Shown here in pieces: positions 36,633 through 47,362 of a DNA stretch of 64,000 nucleotides. Made by a program: the position numbers and the translations under genes. The notes beneath the pieces are model-generated. The model was not told where the DNA came from. It ran no database searches and saw nothing but the letters and a program-made list of their open reading frames with translations. Every line of letters begins with the position of its first letter. The first letter of the stretch is position 1. Source of the stretch: an uncultured Candidatus Saccharibacteria bacterium (GTDB taxonomy: Bacteria; Patescibacteriota; Minisyncoccia; Phycocordibacterales; UBA1006); the NCBI GenBank assembly GCA_964415895.1, contig CAYQCC010000005.1:875-64874 (forward strand), given 5' to 3'.

Positions 36633-37547
36633 TTATACATTTTTCATGGCTAATTTATAAACAGCCCAGCGTTTTTCACCTTCTCGGATTAATACACCAT
36701 GCTGGATTAACTCCTGTAAATCACGTTGAATGGTTTTTTCACTACATCCACGTATATTTTCTGATATGTCCTTTATTGTTACCTGTCCTTTAGATCGGAT
36801 AGTTTTCATAATGGCATCTCGACGCTCTTTTTTATCTTCTCCTGAAAATGGTTTTGTTGGGACCATTGATGGAATACGAAGATCATCATTACTTTTTTGA
36901 ATTGGTTTTATGAACGGTTTTGATATGTTCATACTAGTGTGAATATCTCTCACCACTTTTTCTGATTGAGTCATGGTCTGTAAGACAATGTGTCCTGTCT
37001 CTGATTGTGGTTTTACAATCACAGATTCTGGTGATGCTATTTTTTTATCAGCACTCGTGTCGGTCGAAAATAAATGATCTAGATTTGGCTGAGTTGCTCC
37101 AGTAGTATGAGCTTCAATTTCAGGAACGCGTAATGGATATGTTACTTGTCCTATGCAATAAGCGCTTAATTTTTCATGAACAAATTGTTCTACTTGGCGC
37201 AATTCGTTCAGAATAATATGATAATTCATATCGGACATCAGTCCTGCTGTATGGCACAATTCACATGAATCAATGATATGTCGTAATCCTGTCGATAAAC
37301 GTGCAACATCGTTTGTTGTTACCATTTCAGGCGCATATTCTAGCTGATATGTATCAGATAATGTCTGTGTCGCATATCGCATCAAATGTGCTGATAGTTG
37401 ATATGGGTCACGGACAACGGTAGTAATCAAGGCAACAGCTTGGGCAATTTTACCCATACGTCCCGAGAGTGTTTTAAGAGTCTCCTGGATCACCGGAATC
37501 ACAGAAGGTGTTGGTGTTCCAGACATTGCAGAATCTAGTGTAGTCAT
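36633..37547 (-). CDS. protein with C-terminal DeoR-like winged HTH
   Basis: RRDAIMK...VTIKDIS...CSEKTIQRDLQEL...GEKRW. Confidence 0.8.
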   Translation of the reverse strand: MTTLDSAMSGTPTPSVIPVIQETLKTLSGRMGKIAQAVALITTVVRDPYQLSAHLMRYATQTLSDTYQLEYAPEMVTTNDVARLSTGLRHIIDSCELCHTAGLMSDMNYHIILNELRQVEQFVHEKLSAYCIGQVTYPLRVPEIEAHTTGATQPNLDHLFSTDTSADKKIASPESVIVKPQSETGHIVLQTMTQSEKVVRDIHTSMNISKPFIKPIQKSNDDLRIPSMVPTKPFSGEDKKERRDAIMKTIRSKGQVTIKDISENIRGCSEKTIQRDLQELIQHGVLIREGEKRWAVYKLAMKNV

Positions 37548-37726
37548 GTCCGATAGTATACTGACATTCTGAAAAAAGTCAAAGACATGATTCTTATTAT
37601 TGAAGACATGTTTGCTTCCAAAAAAGTTGAGGTTTACATAATAGAGACACCTTAAAAACAGATTGAGACAACATAATAGTATCTGCGAAACCGTGATATA
37701 CTAGGCCTATTAAACAGATATTTTAT

Positions 37727-39946
37727 ATGGCAAAAAAATTACCTAACAACCCAGGACGTAAAGATTTCAAAAAGACAGATTCCGAATCTGATCACTCACC
37801 AATCTTTAAAAAAATAATAGGTTTCTCAATTGTCTTTATATTAGGATTATTAATGTTCTTGGGAATGGTGACATCGGGTGGGTCTGTTGGGACATTTCTT
37901 TATCACAAAATTGCTCTCGGACTATTTGGGTATGTTGGCGTACTCCTTCCTTTCACTCTTTTCTATGCATCTATTTCCATATTGTTTCCAGAAAAACTAA
38001 CACCTAAAATTGTAGACTGCATTGTGGGATTAATAATAGTAATGTCCGTTACAGGATTATTAGAACTACTAGTTCCCTCTTTAGCCTTAGGTGGATTATT
38101 AGGGACAGGAATTGGAAGCGTTGCCGTATCATTATTTTCTCGCGTTGGCGGAATTGTCGTTTTGTTATTAGCGACATTAATAGGAGTATTAGTATTATTT
38201 AGAACGTCCTTTAATATATTGGAATGGTTGGGTGGATTGTTTAACTCAGAGACAGAAGAATACGAGGAATATTATGAAGAAGATGTCTTTGAAGAAGAGG
38301 TTGAGGAACCGAAAAAACCAACTATTCCTGAAAAGGACATGTTTGAATCATCATTAAAAGACGCCGAGGCAAAAACGGGCAAAAATGAAGTTGTAGAGAA
38401 AAAAGAAGAAGATTTTTCAATTGAATCAATCAGTTTCTCTGATGACTATATATTGCCTCCATTATCGCTACTATCAAAAACTGCTGGGAAATCATCAGTT
38501 GGAGATATCCGTGCACAAGGTAATGTTATCAAACAAACACTCGCAAACTTTGGTATTGATGTAGAAATGGATGAAGTATCGGTTGGACCAACGGTGACGC
38601 GTTATGCAATGAAGCCGGCACAAGGAGTAAAACTTGCGAGGATCACTGCACTAAAACAGGATCTTGCATTGTCACTTGCTGCGCATCCATTGCGTATCGA
38701 AGCACCAATTCCAGGAAAGTCATTGGTTGGAATCGAAATTCCAAACATCAGTAAATCAGTTGTTGGACTGGGAAGTTTACTTGAAAGTGATGAGTTCCAA
38801 AGTTCGTCAGAACGATTACTCGTAGCGCTTGGAAAAGGCGTAACTGGAAGATCCTATTTCTATAATATTGGAAAAATGCCTCACCTGTTGATTGCGGGTA
38901 CGACTGGTTCTGGAAAATCTGTTGTGGTCCACAACTTGATCATGTCATTATTATATAGAAACACGCCAGACGAAGTACGGTTGATTATGGTTGACCCAAA
39001 GCGTGTGGAACTTACTTTGTATAACGACATACCTCACCTACTAACACCTGTTATCAAAGAACCTAAAAAAGCAGTTCTTGCATTAAAATGGGCAGCTAAA
39101 GAAATGGAACGACGATATGATTTATTGGAAAGCCATAAAGTTCGCGATATAAAATCGTATCACGAAAATATCGTCTATCCTGCATACAATGGAAAAGCTA
39201 AAAATACTGAAACATTGCCGGAAAAAATGCCTTACATTGTTATTATTATCGACGAGTTAGCAGACATCATGCAGGCATATCCACGAGAATTGGAATCTGC
39301 AATTGTACGATTGGCACAGATGTCACGTGCAACTGGAATTCACTTAATCCTATCGACACAACGTCCGTCAGTAAACGTAATTACTGGTTTGATCAAGGCG
39401 AACATTCCATCACGATTAGCTCTTCAAGTAGCATCACAAATCGACTCACGAACTATTTTAGATGCACCAGGTGCAGAAAGTCTGCTTGGTCGTGGAGACA
39501 TGCTCTTCCAAGGTTCTGATATGTCAAAACCTGAACGTATGCAAGGAGCAAACCTACCAGAAGATGAAATTAAAAGTGTTGTTGCCTTCATAAAGAAAAA
39601 GAACCCTCGATTGTCAGATCATATTATTATGAGCGAGACGTTAGAAGACGAGAAATCAATTGTAGGAGTCGACTTTGATGACGATGGCGACAATGATGAT
39701 CCATTATATGAAGACGCAAAACGTGCCGTAATTGATGCAGGAAAAGCAAGCACCAGTTACCTACAGCGCAGATTAAAGGTTGGTTATTCTCGAGCAGCAC
39801 GATTGATCGATATCTTGGAAGAACGAGGTATTGTCGGTCCAGCAGATGGTGCACGACCTCGAGAGATCTTGAATACTACCGATCACGCTTCGTTTGAGAA
39901 ACCGCCCGAGATATCCACAGATTTATTTGATGAAGAAGAAGAATAG
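37727..39946 (+). CDS. ftsK: DNA translocase FtsK
   Basis: TM N-terminus, PHLLIAGTTGSGKS, IIDELAD, STQRPS, gamma domain LQRRLKVGYSRAAR. Confidence 0.98.
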   Translation: MAKKLPNNPGRKDFKKTDSESDHSPIFKKIIGFSIVFILGLLMFLGMVTSGGSVGTFLYHKIALGLFGYVGVLLPFTLFYASISILFPEKLTPKIVDCIVGLIIVMSVTGLLELLVPSLALGGLLGTGIGSVAVSLFSRVGGIVVLLLATLIGVLVLFRTSFNILEWLGGLFNSETEEYEEYYEEDVFEEEVEEPKKPTIPEKDMFESSLKDAEAKTGKNEVVEKKEEDFSIESISFSDDYILPPLSLLSKTAGKSSVGDIRAQGNVIKQTLANFGIDVEMDEVSVGPTVTRYAMKPAQGVKLARITALKQDLALSLAAHPLRIEAPIPGKSLVGIEIPNISKSVVGLGSLLESDEFQSSSERLLVALGKGVTGRSYFYNIGKMPHLLIAGTTGSGKSVVVHNLIMSLLYRNTPDEVRLIMVDPKRVELTLYNDIPHLLTPVIKEPKKAVLALKWAAKEMERRYDLLESHKVRDIKSYHENIVYPAYNGKAKNTETLPEKMPYIVIIIDELADIMQAYPRELESAIVRLAQMSRATGIHLILSTQRPSVNVITGLIKANIPSRLALQVASQIDSRTILDAPGAESLLGRGDMLFQGSDMSKPERMQGANLPEDEIKSVVAFIKKKNPRLSDHIIMSETLEDEKSIVGVDFDDDGDNDDPLYEDAKRAVIDAGKASTSYLQRRLKVGYSRAARLIDILEERGIVGPADGARPREILNTTDHASFEKPPEISTDLFDEEEE

Positions 39947-40025
39947 GAGTATACTACTAGCAAATGTGCATTTCTACTTGTTTTAAACGGTTTAATCTAT
40001 TATTTAACAGCTAACTTTGTTTATT

Positions 40026-40421
40026 ATGTCCAAACAGAAAAAGGCAAAAAGTATTTGGTTTATAGGAATGGCTACGCTCGTGGCATTAGTAGGCGTATTC
40101 GTCGCAAGTCGAATTGTTCCTATTATTCGTGGTTCTGAAATCACGCTAAACATTCCACATGACTCTGAAGTATCAGAACCAATCATTGCATTGTCTGGTT
40201 CGGCTCACGATACAAAAAAGCTAAGTATTAACGGCAGTCCAATACTATTGTCCCCTACTGGAACATTCGAACGTACGGTATTGCTTCATCCAGGATATAA
40301 CACAATTACCTTGGACACTGTTGATAAAATCGGACACACAAAAAAACAAAGTTATGCGTTTCTATTGAAAGAACTTGAAACAGGCACATTTGCCCTATCA
40401 AGTCTTCCGAATCAGAACTAG
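40026..40421 (+). CDS. membrane-anchored Ig-like hypothetical protein
   Basis: TM then LSING...GTF...L.PGYNTI...D..G. Confidence 0.7.
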   Translation: MSKQKKAKSIWFIGMATLVALVGVFVASRIVPIIRGSEITLNIPHDSEVSEPIIALSGSAHDTKKLSINGSPILLSPTGTFERTVLLHPGYNTITLDTVDKIGHTKKQSYAFLLKELETGTFALSSLPNQN

Positions 40422-40491
40422 CAAAAAAGTCCTTACTTGAAGGACTTTTTTGTATTCACTAAAATTGACTGCTGAATGATATACTAAAGAA

Positions 40492-41055
40492 ATGAAAACA
40501 TTAATCATAGATAACCATAGTAAACACTTGTCAGAAATCGTACAGATATTTCCAAATTCAAAAGTAGTTTCTCATGAAAACTTGTTGCCCGATCAAGACC
40601 TAAGTCTTTTCAATCTCTTGGTAATTTCAGGCGGGTCAGGAGTTCCGACAGTTAAGCATCATGAAAATTATTATGGAGTCGAGGAACAACTTGTTAGGAG
40701 TTCCCCTATTCCTGTTCTTGGTATCTGCTTAGGTGCAGAAATTATTGTTACAGCGTTTTCAGGCGAGCTCGCAGAGATTTCTACATTACATAAAGGTGAA
40801 ATGGAGCTGCAAATGCAGAACGAATCCTTGCAAAAAGCATTACACCATAATCCATGTATAGTTTACGAGGCGCACTCTGTCTTGATTCAAAAGCTTCCAG
40901 AAAATTTCATTGTCCAAGCAGAATCGAAACATGGTATCGAGGTATTTAAGCATGCAACAAGACCTATTCTGGGTATTCAATTTCATCCAGAAGTTGGAAA
41001 ACATGATGATTTGTGGAACTGGATATTTGATCAATTAAATGTGAGGCGAAACTAG
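40492..41055 (+). CDS. class I glutamine amidotransferase
   Basis: ISGG, PVLGICLG, QFHPE. Confidence 0.92.
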   Translation: MKTLIIDNHSKHLSEIVQIFPNSKVVSHENLLPDQDLSLFNLLVISGGSGVPTVKHHENYYGVEEQLVRSSPIPVLGICLGAEIIVTAFSGELAEISTLHKGEMELQMQNESLQKALHHNPCIVYEAHSVLIQKLPENFIVQAESKHGIEVFKHATRPILGIQFHPEVGKHDDLWNWIFDQLNVRRN

Positions 41056-41140
41056 TCCTTGAAAATGGGCTTTTTTTATAAAATTTCCATAAAAATCGGG
41101 AAAGTTTGCACGCCTCATAAATATGATATAATGACAGGGT

Positions 41141-42241
41141 ATGCCTAAAAAAGTAACAAAACCTAAAAAAGAAAATGGTGGAGATTTGGACAGTACGTTG
41201 AAGATGATTCAGACGAAGTTTGGTGAAGGCGCTATTATGAAACTTGGCGAAACACCAAAAGTTGATATTGAAGTTGTTTCAACAGGATCAATCGGACTTG
41301 ATGCAGCTCTTGGAATCGGAGGACTTCCCCGCGGACGCATCATCGAGATTTTTGGACCAGAATCATCTGGTAAAACTACATTAACATTACATGTAATTGC
41401 TGAGGCTCAAAAAGCTGGAGGAATCTGTGCATTTATCGATGCAGAGCATGCGATGGATCCAGAATATTCAAAAAAATTGGGCGTGAAAATCGATGACCTG
41501 TTGATTTCACAACCTGATACTGGCGAACAAGCTCTTGAAATCACAGAAGCATTGGTTCGTTCAGGAAAAATCGACGTAGTTGTTATCGACTCTGTTGCAG
41601 CTCTTACTCCAAAAGATGAAATCGAAGGTGATATGGGTGCACACCATGTTGGGAAACAAGCTCGGTTAATGTCTCAGGCATTGCGTAAACTAACTGCAAT
41701 TGCTCACAAAAGTAAAACAGTGATTATCTTTATTAACCAAATCCGAATGCAGATTGGTGTTATGTTTGGAAACCCTGAAACCACACCAGGTGGAAAGGCG
41801 TTGAAATTCTATTCATCAGTTCGTTTGGATATTCGCCGAACTGCACAGATTAAAAAAGGTGAAGAAGTTGTTGGTGCTCGAACAAAAGTTAAAGTTGTAA
41901 AAAACAAAGTTGCCGCTCCGTTCAAGGTAACTGAATTTGATATCATCTATAACGAAGGTATTTCAATGGAAGGCGAAATGCTTGCCCTTGGCGAGAAATT
42001 CGGAATCGTTGGAAAATCTGGTGCGAGTTTCAGTTATATTTCAAAGGACAAGGATGGAAAGGAAGAAAAACTTCCATTAGGACGAGGATATGACGCAACA
42101 CGTCAGTTCTTGCGAACAAAGGAAGGTAAACCTATCCGCGATAAAATATTCAAGGAAATCACAAATCGTATTAAAAATGACGGATTGTCATTTACTGCTT
42201 CAACTTCTGAATCTGATGAAGGTTCAGAGCCAGAAGAATAA
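41141..42241 (+). CDS. recA: recombinase RecA
   Basis: [35 protein letters not shown]. Confidence 0.99.
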   Translation: MPKKVTKPKKENGGDLDSTLKMIQTKFGEGAIMKLGETPKVDIEVVSTGSIGLDAALGIGGLPRGRIIEIFGPESSGKTTLTLHVIAEAQKAGGICAFIDAEHAMDPEYSKKLGVKIDDLLISQPDTGEQALEITEALVRSGKIDVVVIDSVAALTPKDEIEGDMGAHHVGKQARLMSQALRKLTAIAHKSKTVIIFINQIRMQIGVMFGNPETTPGGKALKFYSSVRLDIRRTAQIKKGEEVVGARTKVKVVKNKVAAPFKVTEFDIIYNEGISMEGEMLALGEKFGIVGKSGASFSYISKDKDGKEEKLPLGRGYDATRQFLRTKEGKPIRDKIFKEITNRIKNDGLSFTASTSESDEGSEPEE

Positions 42242-42278
42242 TTAAACAAAAAAACAAGACATTGTCTTGTTTTTTTGT

Positions 42279-43205
42279 TTAATAGCATGACATAGTCATA
42301 TCACACTTTGGATTTATAAGTCGAATCGTTTTTGTTAATCCTCGATAGGAAACCGTCATGGTTGTTTCGGTATCTTCTTTCAATCCTGTTACCAACAACG
42401 CTTGGTTATCTTTTCGACTTATTGTTGCAAGGCTTGGATTGGCGATGGTTGCGGTTAATTCTTTATCTGATGGAGAAATATATAATTTTTTACCGTCAGA
42501 ATAAACCGCTCTCACATATACACTTGCTGGGCTGGATTTTAATTGTGATAGATACATTACACCTGTTGTAAATCCTTCAGAAGGTTCAGGATGTTCTGCT
42601 TGATCTAACAAATCATAATCACCAACATCCAATCTGACAACTGCGTTTTTTGGGGAGATAAGCGTGATTGTTCCAGTAACGCTTTCTTTGTCTTCTGGCT
42701 TAAAGTTTGCCAAATTGTTCATTTGCAATATTCCCAACACGTCCCTGCCAACCTTATCTGGCAAGGTGAGAGTTTCTGTATGAATTCCTAATGACGTATT
42801 CTTATCAATATTCAAGGAACCCTTTTCCAGGGTAAATCCTGGAAGAAAAAGTACGCCAAGCTCTACTGGTTTCAATATCTCGTACCGCAGCGTAATCTTT
42901 GAACCTGCTTCAAATTGATCTCCCGATTTCGGACTAATAATTCGTATTCTGCTGGTTTCAACGAACGAGCCGTTTGGGATCTCTTTTGGCGGGACATAGC
43001 TTGCGGCAAATCGTTTTTCCATTTCTTCTGGAGATTCCTTGACTGAAGTATTGTTAGCACTTTCGCTATCCTTTTGAATTTCCTGAGGTTGTTGTTCGGC
43101 AGAATTATCGGTAGCTGGATTTGTTCTTGATTTACTTTCTTGATATAAGAAATATCCACCAATCCCTATTCCAATAACAAATATCACAACGATTATTTTT
43201 TTCAT
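42279..43205 (-). CDS. membrane-anchored protein with Ig-like domains
   Basis: N-terminal TM, IRIISP..G, VRAVYSDG. Confidence 0.7.
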   Translation of the reverse strand: MKKIIVVIFVIGIGIGGYFLYQESKSRTNPATDNSAEQQPQEIQKDSESANNTSVKESPEEMEKRFAASYVPPKEIPNGSFVETSRIRIISPKSGDQFEAGSKITLRYEILKPVELGVLFLPGFTLEKGSLNIDKNTSLGIHTETLTLPDKVGRDVLGILQMNNLANFKPEDKESVTGTITLISPKNAVVRLDVGDYDLLDQAEHPEPSEGFTTGVMYLSQLKSSPASVYVRAVYSDGKKLYISPSDKELTATIANPSLATISRKDNQALLVTGLKEDTETTMTVSYRGLTKTIRLINPKCDMTMSCY

Positions 43206-43243
43206 ATGATTATTATATCATAAGAAAAACGCAATAAATGCGT

Positions 43244-43828
43244 TTAGTTCTTTTCTGCACGTTCTACATATTCACCAGTATCAGTGTTTACTTTCACAAC
43301 GTCTCCTTCGTTAATAAACAAAGGTACGCTGATTTCTGTCCCATTTTCAAGTACGACTGTTTTTGAAGCACCTTGTGATGTATTCCCTTTTACTGCTGGA
43401 GCTGCCTCTTTTACTTTCAAATCCATTTTTACAGGAATAGATAGTCCGATGATTTGTTCTTCGTCATCATCGTTGGTAAAAATAACTGCGTCGTAATTAT
43501 TATTTTCGCGGATCCATTTAATCGTATCACCCAATGTATCCCGAGAAATAGTAAATCGGTCAGCTGGTTTTCCATCGTGATGAAACCAGTACTCACCTTT
43601 CGCTTCGTAAATAAATTTAACAGGAGATTTTCGCATATCAGCCTCGTCAACTTTTTCAGTTGCTTGGAATGAAACTTCTACTACACGACCCGTGATAAGG
43701 TTGCGTAATTTAGTTGCGTTTACTGGCTTTCGCATTTGTTTACGAAATACGTGAGATGTTAAAACTTCATACGGAGCATCGTCATGAATAATATATTTTC
43801 GTGGCACAATTTCGTTGTAATCTAGCAT
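43244..43828 (-). CDS. efp: elongation factor P
   Basis: KLRNLITG, KGNT, LENG..I.VPLFINEGD...VNT.TGEYVER. Confidence 0.95.
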   Translation of the reverse strand: MLDYNEIVPRKYIIHDDAPYEVLTSHVFRKQMRKPVNATKLRNLITGRVVEVSFQATEKVDEADMRKSPVKFIYEAKGEYWFHHDGKPADRFTISRDTLGDTIKWIRENNNYDAVIFTNDDDEEQIIGLSIPVKMDLKVKEAAPAVKGNTSQGASKTVVLENGTEISVPLFINEGDVVKVNTDTGEYVERAEKN

Positions 43829-43849
43829 GATATAAGTAGTACGTTTTGA

Positions 43850-43950
43850 GTAAATAATGCAAAGGCGGCGCTGAAATCGAGCCGGCATGCCGGCGAAGCC
43901 GAGGACGAAGTCCGAGGGAATTATTGAAGCAACGGCTTTGTATTATTTAC
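43850..43950 (+). repeat. structured GTAA...TTAC element, copy C
   Basis: Long closing stem; core ctGAaatcGA-gccggc/gccggc-GAagccGA-ggac GAA gtcc-GAgg; upstream of efp. Confidence 0.8.
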
Positions 43951-44069
43951 GGAATAGCAACGTTATTAAATGAATAATACCCTAATCCTACCCATTTTTC
44001 AGTTTTTATCAAGCAGTAAAATTAAAGAGCCATGCAATATGCATGGCTCAGTTTTATTTGTGATTGTAA

Positions 44070-46154
44070 TTAAAATTTGACCACTTCTTTTCTTGCATAA
44101 TCATTGTCAGTTTCAATAGTTATAATGTAAATGCCTGCTGGCTTATCCATTATATCTACTTGGTTTGAGAATGATTTGGCCTTGAACACTACCTGCCCTG
44201 AAACATCATAAACGGTTATTTCTCCTTTTTCAATTCCTTGAATGTTTATTAATCCATTATTGGGAACCGGAAAGATCGAAACTTGCTCTGAAATGTTATT
44301 TCGGATGCCTGTCACTATGTTGTTTCGCTTAACGCGTGGCAATGTTACGAATATCGACAATCCATTTGCGTTTCTTAAATTGTACCCGATTTCGTAATCA
44401 CCCGGCGGATGGTTGAACGGAATACTCATGCCATTTGTTATTCCATATCCAACATCTACCGTGTCAAAAAAAGTTTGACCGGTCGTGACATTATAATACG
44501 TGAAGTACAGTACTGTACTTACACAATATGCGTCACCGGAAATTGAAATTGTTGGATTCGCTGATGTTGCAAATCCAACAGGACTTACTTGATAAGAAAC
44601 TGAATCAGTGCTTCCATTATATGTAGGAGCGCTGATAGCAGTAGAGAATGCCATTACGCCGTCTGTTGACCACGTAACGATCCTCCAATAATACCTTCCT
44701 TGCGTTCTTGGCGCAGATTCCGAATACGTGCCCTGATTGGATGTGTCAGTAACGAAAAATGACCTAGTCGTATCGCGCATATTTACGGCATTGCTGTCAT
44801 TAAATGCGCGAATAATTGCAGCGCGACCTGTGCCACTTATCGCATAGCCTGCCAAATCGATGTGACCGCAATAGGTCACCGGCGCAGGGTTGGTCTTGAA
44901 ATAAGCTACCGGCGCTGGTGCCAAAATTCTTCGTAAAGTTCTGATCGCGCCAGAAATCGAGTCAACATGAACCGAATCATTGATAATGATTGCAAATCTA
45001 TACAATGTGCCCTGAGTTCCCGCAAATGCATAGCTGTAGATTCCGTTGGTATTTGCCTGTATCACGGGTGATATTTGCAACTGAGCGCCTGTTGAATCTT
45101 TTTTCACAAATTTAATACTTGCGTGAAAAGTGCCCAATGTAATGGTTGCAAAAATCCTAAACGAATCAATGTAAGCAGTTGCCGACGTGTTTGAAATCAG
45201 GCCGAAATTATACGGTTTTGTCCTGATTGTTCCTCTGAACGTATCAGTTCCAATCGCATTCCAAATGATTACTTGGTACGAGTACGGACTGTTTCCCATT
45301 AAGCCTGTGGCAACATACGGATATAAACCAGATACGTTCGCAGGGATTATAGAAGAAGTTCTCACTACCGTGCCAGACGAATCCTTCACGGTAACCTGTA
45401 AATTACCAGCATACGTTCCTATGCCTACGTCCATCAAAAGTTTGATCGAATCCATGCCTGAAGTTGCCGTAACACCTCTAATGGTGTCTTTGGCAAAGCT
45501 TGGAGTGATAAAGGAATCGCAATTAATCAGCCTGTCGCCTAGTAAATCAGAATGAATCCATATACAATATGTGATTTCATCCTGAGCATTTGGAGTGTTT
45601 AAATGGAGTGTCCCTGTCGTTGTTCCATTGGCGCGGATCGTGTCGTCAGAATAGTCGTCGAATAAGATTCCATAGTTGGCGTGAATATAAAAACTATCAC
45701 GCGTTCCTGTAGCAACGGCGCTAATGATTAATTCGCTTGTTCCGATCTTTGGTATTTCCTGAACCGTCACGGTTGGAAATACCGGATACGCCTTCGTTGT
45801 GAAGGTGTACGGCTGGCAAATCACAGTGTCTCTTGCGGAAGAAGTGTCTGAGATTGTCACCGCATACATGTACGTCGTTGATGACATCAGGTTGCGCGCG
45901 CCAAGAGATCGATTTGATCCTATAGTGCTCGCCATGATACTGTCAGCCGCAATCCATGCGGAATCAATGCCTTTTTTTACCAGAAGCTTTTCTTTGTGAT
46001 TGCCTACAATAGAAGTGGCTGTCACTTTGTAAACTACTCTTGCCGTATCGTAGCCTATATTGCTGGAATTAGGCGGAAGCCACGTTATTGTGGTGTTTGC
46101 GAATGCGCATGCGGATATCATAATCAACATCAGCGCTAAGTACTGTTTTTTCAT
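44070..46154 (-). CDS. secreted Fn3-like repeat protein with T9SS type A C-terminal sorting domain
   Basis: Signal peptide; C-terminus VTGI...SIFPVP.NG.INI...ITVYDVSGQ.V...PAGIYII.I...KEVVKF. Confidence 0.85.
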   Translation of the reverse strand: MKKQYLALMLIMISACAFANTTITWLPPNSSNIGYDTARVVYKVTATSIVGNHKEKLLVKKGIDSAWIAADSIMASTIGSNRSLGARNLMSSTTYMYAVTISDTSSARDTVICQPYTFTTKAYPVFPTVTVQEIPKIGTSELIISAVATGTRDSFYIHANYGILFDDYSDDTIRANGTTTGTLHLNTPNAQDEITYCIWIHSDLLGDRLINCDSFITPSFAKDTIRGVTATSGMDSIKLLMDVGIGTYAGNLQVTVKDSSGTVVRTSSIIPANVSGLYPYVATGLMGNSPYSYQVIIWNAIGTDTFRGTIRTKPYNFGLISNTSATAYIDSFRIFATITLGTFHASIKFVKKDSTGAQLQISPVIQANTNGIYSYAFAGTQGTLYRFAIIINDSVHVDSISGAIRTLRRILAPAPVAYFKTNPAPVTYCGHIDLAGYAISGTGRAAIIRAFNDSNAVNMRDTTRSFFVTDTSNQGTYSESAPRTQGRYYWRIVTWSTDGVMAFSTAISAPTYNGSTDSVSYQVSPVGFATSANPTISISGDAYCVSTVLYFTYYNVTTGQTFFDTVDVGYGITNGMSIPFNHPPGDYEIGYNLRNANGLSIFVTLPRVKRNNIVTGIRNNISEQVSIFPVPNNGLINIQGIEKGEITVYDVSGQVVFKAKSFSNQVDIMDKPAGIYIITIETDNDYARKEVVKF

Positions 46155-46292
46155 CTTCTTTTAATTATTGTTTTGAATGATTTAATATTTTAAATGTAAA
46201 TGTACGGATTTTTCAGTCCTAATCACAATATTAGCACGATATTACGAAAAGTCAAGTACCTTCGTAGCTGCCTGTTTGGTATAATAAGGCTT

Positions 46293-47327
46293 ATGAAACC
46301 TGACTTTTTAAGCCGTATATACATGGTAAGCATCATTTCGGTAATTACCATTGCAGCATTGATTTTAGCTAAACAATTACTTATTCCGCTGACTCTTGGG
46401 CTCTTTCTATCGCTTGGACTATCGCCTCTTGTACAGCGATTAAAAAAATGGGGTGTTCATCGGGTGTTATCAATTTTTATAACATTCATTGTTGGAATTG
46501 CAGTATTGGCTGGAATTATATACACGATTGGATTTGCGATTAACAACTTTGCAAGTAATGTACCGACCTATGCAACAGCAGTAAACGAAAATGTTTCGGC
46601 TACAAAATCTTTATTGATGAACAAGCTGTCACTTACCGAAATCGAGCTGACCGCAAAGATTCAACAATATACAAACTTGTCAGGCTGGGGCTTTACCATC
46701 GCAGGAACCGTCGTAAAAGCAACGGGAAATATATTAGCAACACTTGGACTATCTCTTGTTATCACATTCTTCCTCTTGTTATATCGAGAACGTATTAAAA
46801 AGTTCTTTGAATTGGTTGCAGATAAAAACAGGCAAGAAGAAATTCTTACTATCGTGCGAAAATCATTCAGAATCTTACCTCGTTATATTTTAGGTCTGAT
46901 ATTAGTTATCGCCATCATGACTGTATTAAATACATTAGGATTCTGGTTAATCGGCGTTAAAAGTCCATTGTTCTGGGGAATTATTGTTTCGTTACTAAAC
47001 GTGATACCCTATGTTGGTACAATAATTGGGTTTGGCGCAGTAACTATCTTTGCACTGATTGTATCAGGACCACTGACAGCATTGTTTGCAATTATTATGT
47101 TCCTTATTATCCAATTCGTTGATAACAATTTCCTAACACCACGAATCACAGGCGGACAAATTGCCATTAATTCTCTCGCTGCAATTATCTTTATTATCAT
47201 TTGGGGAATGATTTGGGGCGTTATCGGCATGGTATTGGCTCTTCCTATCTTAGGATTAATCAAAATCATTTGCGATACATTTGTACCATTGCAACCTATC
47301 GGTTATCTGCTAGGCGACAAGGAATAA
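46293..47327 (+). CDS. AI-2E family transporter
   Basis: PLVQRL, NVIPYVG, QFVDNNFLTPRI.G, GMVLALP. Confidence 0.9.
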   Translation: MKPDFLSRIYMVSIISVITIAALILAKQLLIPLTLGLFLSLGLSPLVQRLKKWGVHRVLSIFITFIVGIAVLAGIIYTIGFAINNFASNVPTYATAVNENVSATKSLLMNKLSLTEIELTAKIQQYTNLSGWGFTIAGTVVKATGNILATLGLSLVITFFLLLYRERIKKFFELVADKNRQEEILTIVRKSFRILPRYILGLILVIAIMTVLNTLGFWLIGVKSPLFWGIIVSLLNVIPYVGTIIGFGAVTIFALIVSGPLTALFAIIMFLIIQFVDNNFLTPRITGGQIAINSLAAIIFIIIWGMIWGVIGMVLALPILGLIKIICDTFVPLQPIGYLLGDKE

Positions 47328-47362
47328 TTATTGAATAACTTATTATCTATTAACTAACCATT

